From the NCBI GenBank assembly GCA_963785235.1, contig CAWAUM010000003.1, forward strand, positions 443,090 to 507,089: DNA of 64,000 nt. Direction: 5' to 3'. Position 1 is the first letter of the stretch. The number at the start of each line of letters is the position of its first letter. The notes beneath the pieces are model-generated. The model was not told where the DNA came from. It ran no database searches and saw only the letters and a program-made list of their open reading frames with translations. This DNA comes from an uncultured delta proteobacterium. Lineage in GTDB: Bacteria > Desulfobacterota > Desulfomonilia > UBA1062. Positions 62,066 through 64,000 of this stretch are shown piece after piece. The translations under genes were made by a program, and so were the position numbers.

Positions 62066-63441
62066 TCACACCTCCTGCTTCCGGGCTTCAGGAACTGCCG
62101 GGAAGGGCTTTCTCCGGACCCTGCTTGGCGATACTTCGCGAGAAGATAGATATCAACGATGCCCAGGAAGCGATACAGGAGGGTGAATGCGATCAGGGAC
62201 ACGATCACCTGGGACACGCTGATGGATCGCGACACCGCTTCGGAGGTCTTGAGCATGCCGTAGACGATCCACGGCTGCCTGCCGACCTCGGCCACGATCC
62301 ATCCGAGCTGTACCGGCATATAGGGCAGTGCGATGGCGAGGAGCATGATCTTGAGAAACAGCGGGTTGGATTCCAGCTTGTTCTTGGCGGACAGGTACAC
62401 CGCTGATGACGGAGAGGAGGAGCATCAGCATGCCCAGCATCACCATGAACCGGAAGCTGAAGAAGGTGAGGCCCACGGGCGGCCTCAGATCCTCTGGGAT
62501 GTCCTTGAGCCTTTCACCTCGGCATCGGGGTCATGGTATGCGAGGAGGCTCGTGAGCTTGGGGATGGTGAGGAGTTCCACCGCGTTCCTTTCGTTATCGC
62601 TGTCCGGCACCACGATGAGGCTGAGACCTGCGCCCTTCTGTGTCTCCCAAACGGCCTCCATGGCGGCCAATTTGGACGGCTGCATCTTGCGATTTCAGCA
62701 TGCGTGAGAAGTCCCCGGTGGCAGCGATCACAGACCCGGATACGAGCCCGAAGATTGCGGCTGCCTTGAAGGACCGCCTGAAGAGCTCCGTCTCGTTTTT
62801 CCTGAGCAGGTGCCAGGCCGCGACACCGGTGACGAAGAAGGCCGCCAGGACGTAGCCGGAAAGGACGGTGTGGAAGAATTTGATCCAGCCGTAGGGGTTC
62901 GTCACAACGGCCAGGAAATCGGCCATCTCCGCCCGCTCGGTGATGAGGGGGTTCCCGCTGATCTCCACCAGCTTCGAACCCACGGGGTTCTGCATCCAGC
63001 CGTTGGCCAGGAGGATCCACAGGGCGGACAGGTTGGTGGCGAAGGCCACGATGGTGATGGCCCAGGCGTGCATCTTCCGGGAGACCTTGTCCCAGCCGAA
63101 TATCCATACCCCGATGAAGACCGATTCCAGGAAGAAGGCCACGGTAGCCTCGATGGCCAGGGGCGCGCCGAAGATGTCGCCCACATACTTGGAATACTCC
63201 GCCCAGTTCATGCCGAACTGGAACTCCATCGTGATGCCCGTGACGATGCCCAGGGCAAAATTGATAAGGAAGAGCTTGCCCCAGAACCTGGCCATCCTCA
63301 GCCACATTTCGTCGCCGGTCTTCACGAAGCGCCATTCCATCCAGGCCACGAGCACGGAAAGCCCCAGGGTCAGCGGCACGAAGATGAAGTGGAACATGCT
63401 TGTGATGGCAAACTGCAGCCTGCTGAGCAGCAAACATCCAT
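62066..63441 (-). CDS. cydA: Cytochrome bd oxidase subunit I (frameshifted)
   Basis: LSRLQFA.T..FH..FVPLT.GL, GITMEFQFG.NW, NGWMQNP, QPSKLAAME, GW..AEVGRQPW. Confidence 0.93.
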
Positions 63442-63514
63442 AGACCTCCCCCCAGGTATATTACGGACAGCTTCCCATTGCGGGATAGTGTCCATTACTG
63501 GGTCTTCTTCGGGA

Positions 63515-64000
63515 TTAATTCATACCATAGATCCGCTTCCGGGTGAATCTGTAGAACCCTGACTTTTCTTCCTTTGCAATATTTTCGGACTGGGGGCCAA
63601 AATAGCGCTCTCTAAGCGCGGTGATCTTCTGCTCCTGCGCTGTGCCGGTGAACGTCTTCACAAGCTCAGTGCGCTCGCGCATATACTCTGCACCGGCCTT
63701 CCATCGCCCGTCCCGCTCGGCATCGAGGGCCTCCAGTCGGGATTGGGCATCATCATCAAGGCCCAGCGAGGCCCGGATCTGCCTGAGTCCCTGCGCCCTC
63801 TCCTTGGGCCTCATGGCTCCGAGGTCTCGCTGGACAGAGCCTACCTCCAGGAACTCGCTGATAAGCTCGAAGCTTCCCATGCCTAATGATGCGCCCGCCT
63901 TATCATTATAGATCTCCTGCAAGGACTTCGGAATACAGGTCGAGCTTCTGATAAATGGATGCCTGATCGTCCTGGTCGATTCGGTCTAACACGTCATCCA
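63515..64000 (-). CDS. Lipase chaperone (foldase)-like protein, C-terminal part; runs off the window edge
   Basis: All-helical pattern A.SRLEALD.ER..RW...Y..ER...I.ALRERYF typical of Lif C-termini. Confidence 0.55.

Noticed and set aside
61384-62400. Apparent CydA-CydB fusion ORF
   Set aside because: Produced by indels; cydA has its own stop at 62066 and cydB an AGGAGG RBS and ATG at 62064.

Overview
Chromosomal segment of an anaerobic Gram-negative bacterium, most likely Desulfobacterota/former Deltaproteobacteria and probably a fatty-acid oxidiser (inferred from gene content, not from a search). Core content: fatty-acid and short-chain-acid catabolism (AOR, AMP- and ADP-forming acyl-CoA ligases, acyl-CoA dehydrogenase, an acs / fadR-hbd:crt-etfB-etfA-membrane FeS oxidoreductase cluster, prpE plus an SfMCT-like monocarboxylate transporter), housekeeping genes (trxC, prc, galE, metF, mdh, topB, kdsB, waaA, moaE), tRNA-Ala(GGC), and cydAB. 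Downstream of the tRNA lies an AT-rich accessory region (~54.95-61 kb) with a diguanylate cyclase, an IS1182 element, a thioesterase and a lipoprotein. Many genes, including normally essential ones, carry single-base frameshifts, which points to uncorrected long-read indels rather than pseudogenes. The best novelty candidate is a family of ~60-90 bp sites (ATGGCAYG-N34-GATTAT-N5-ATAATC geometry) that bracket two unrelated single genes in inward-facing orientation, like mobile gene cassettes. The second is an orphan ParA with a disordered, amphipathic-tailed partner, resembling McdAB-type cargo positioning. All alignments were done by eye; no database searches were run.
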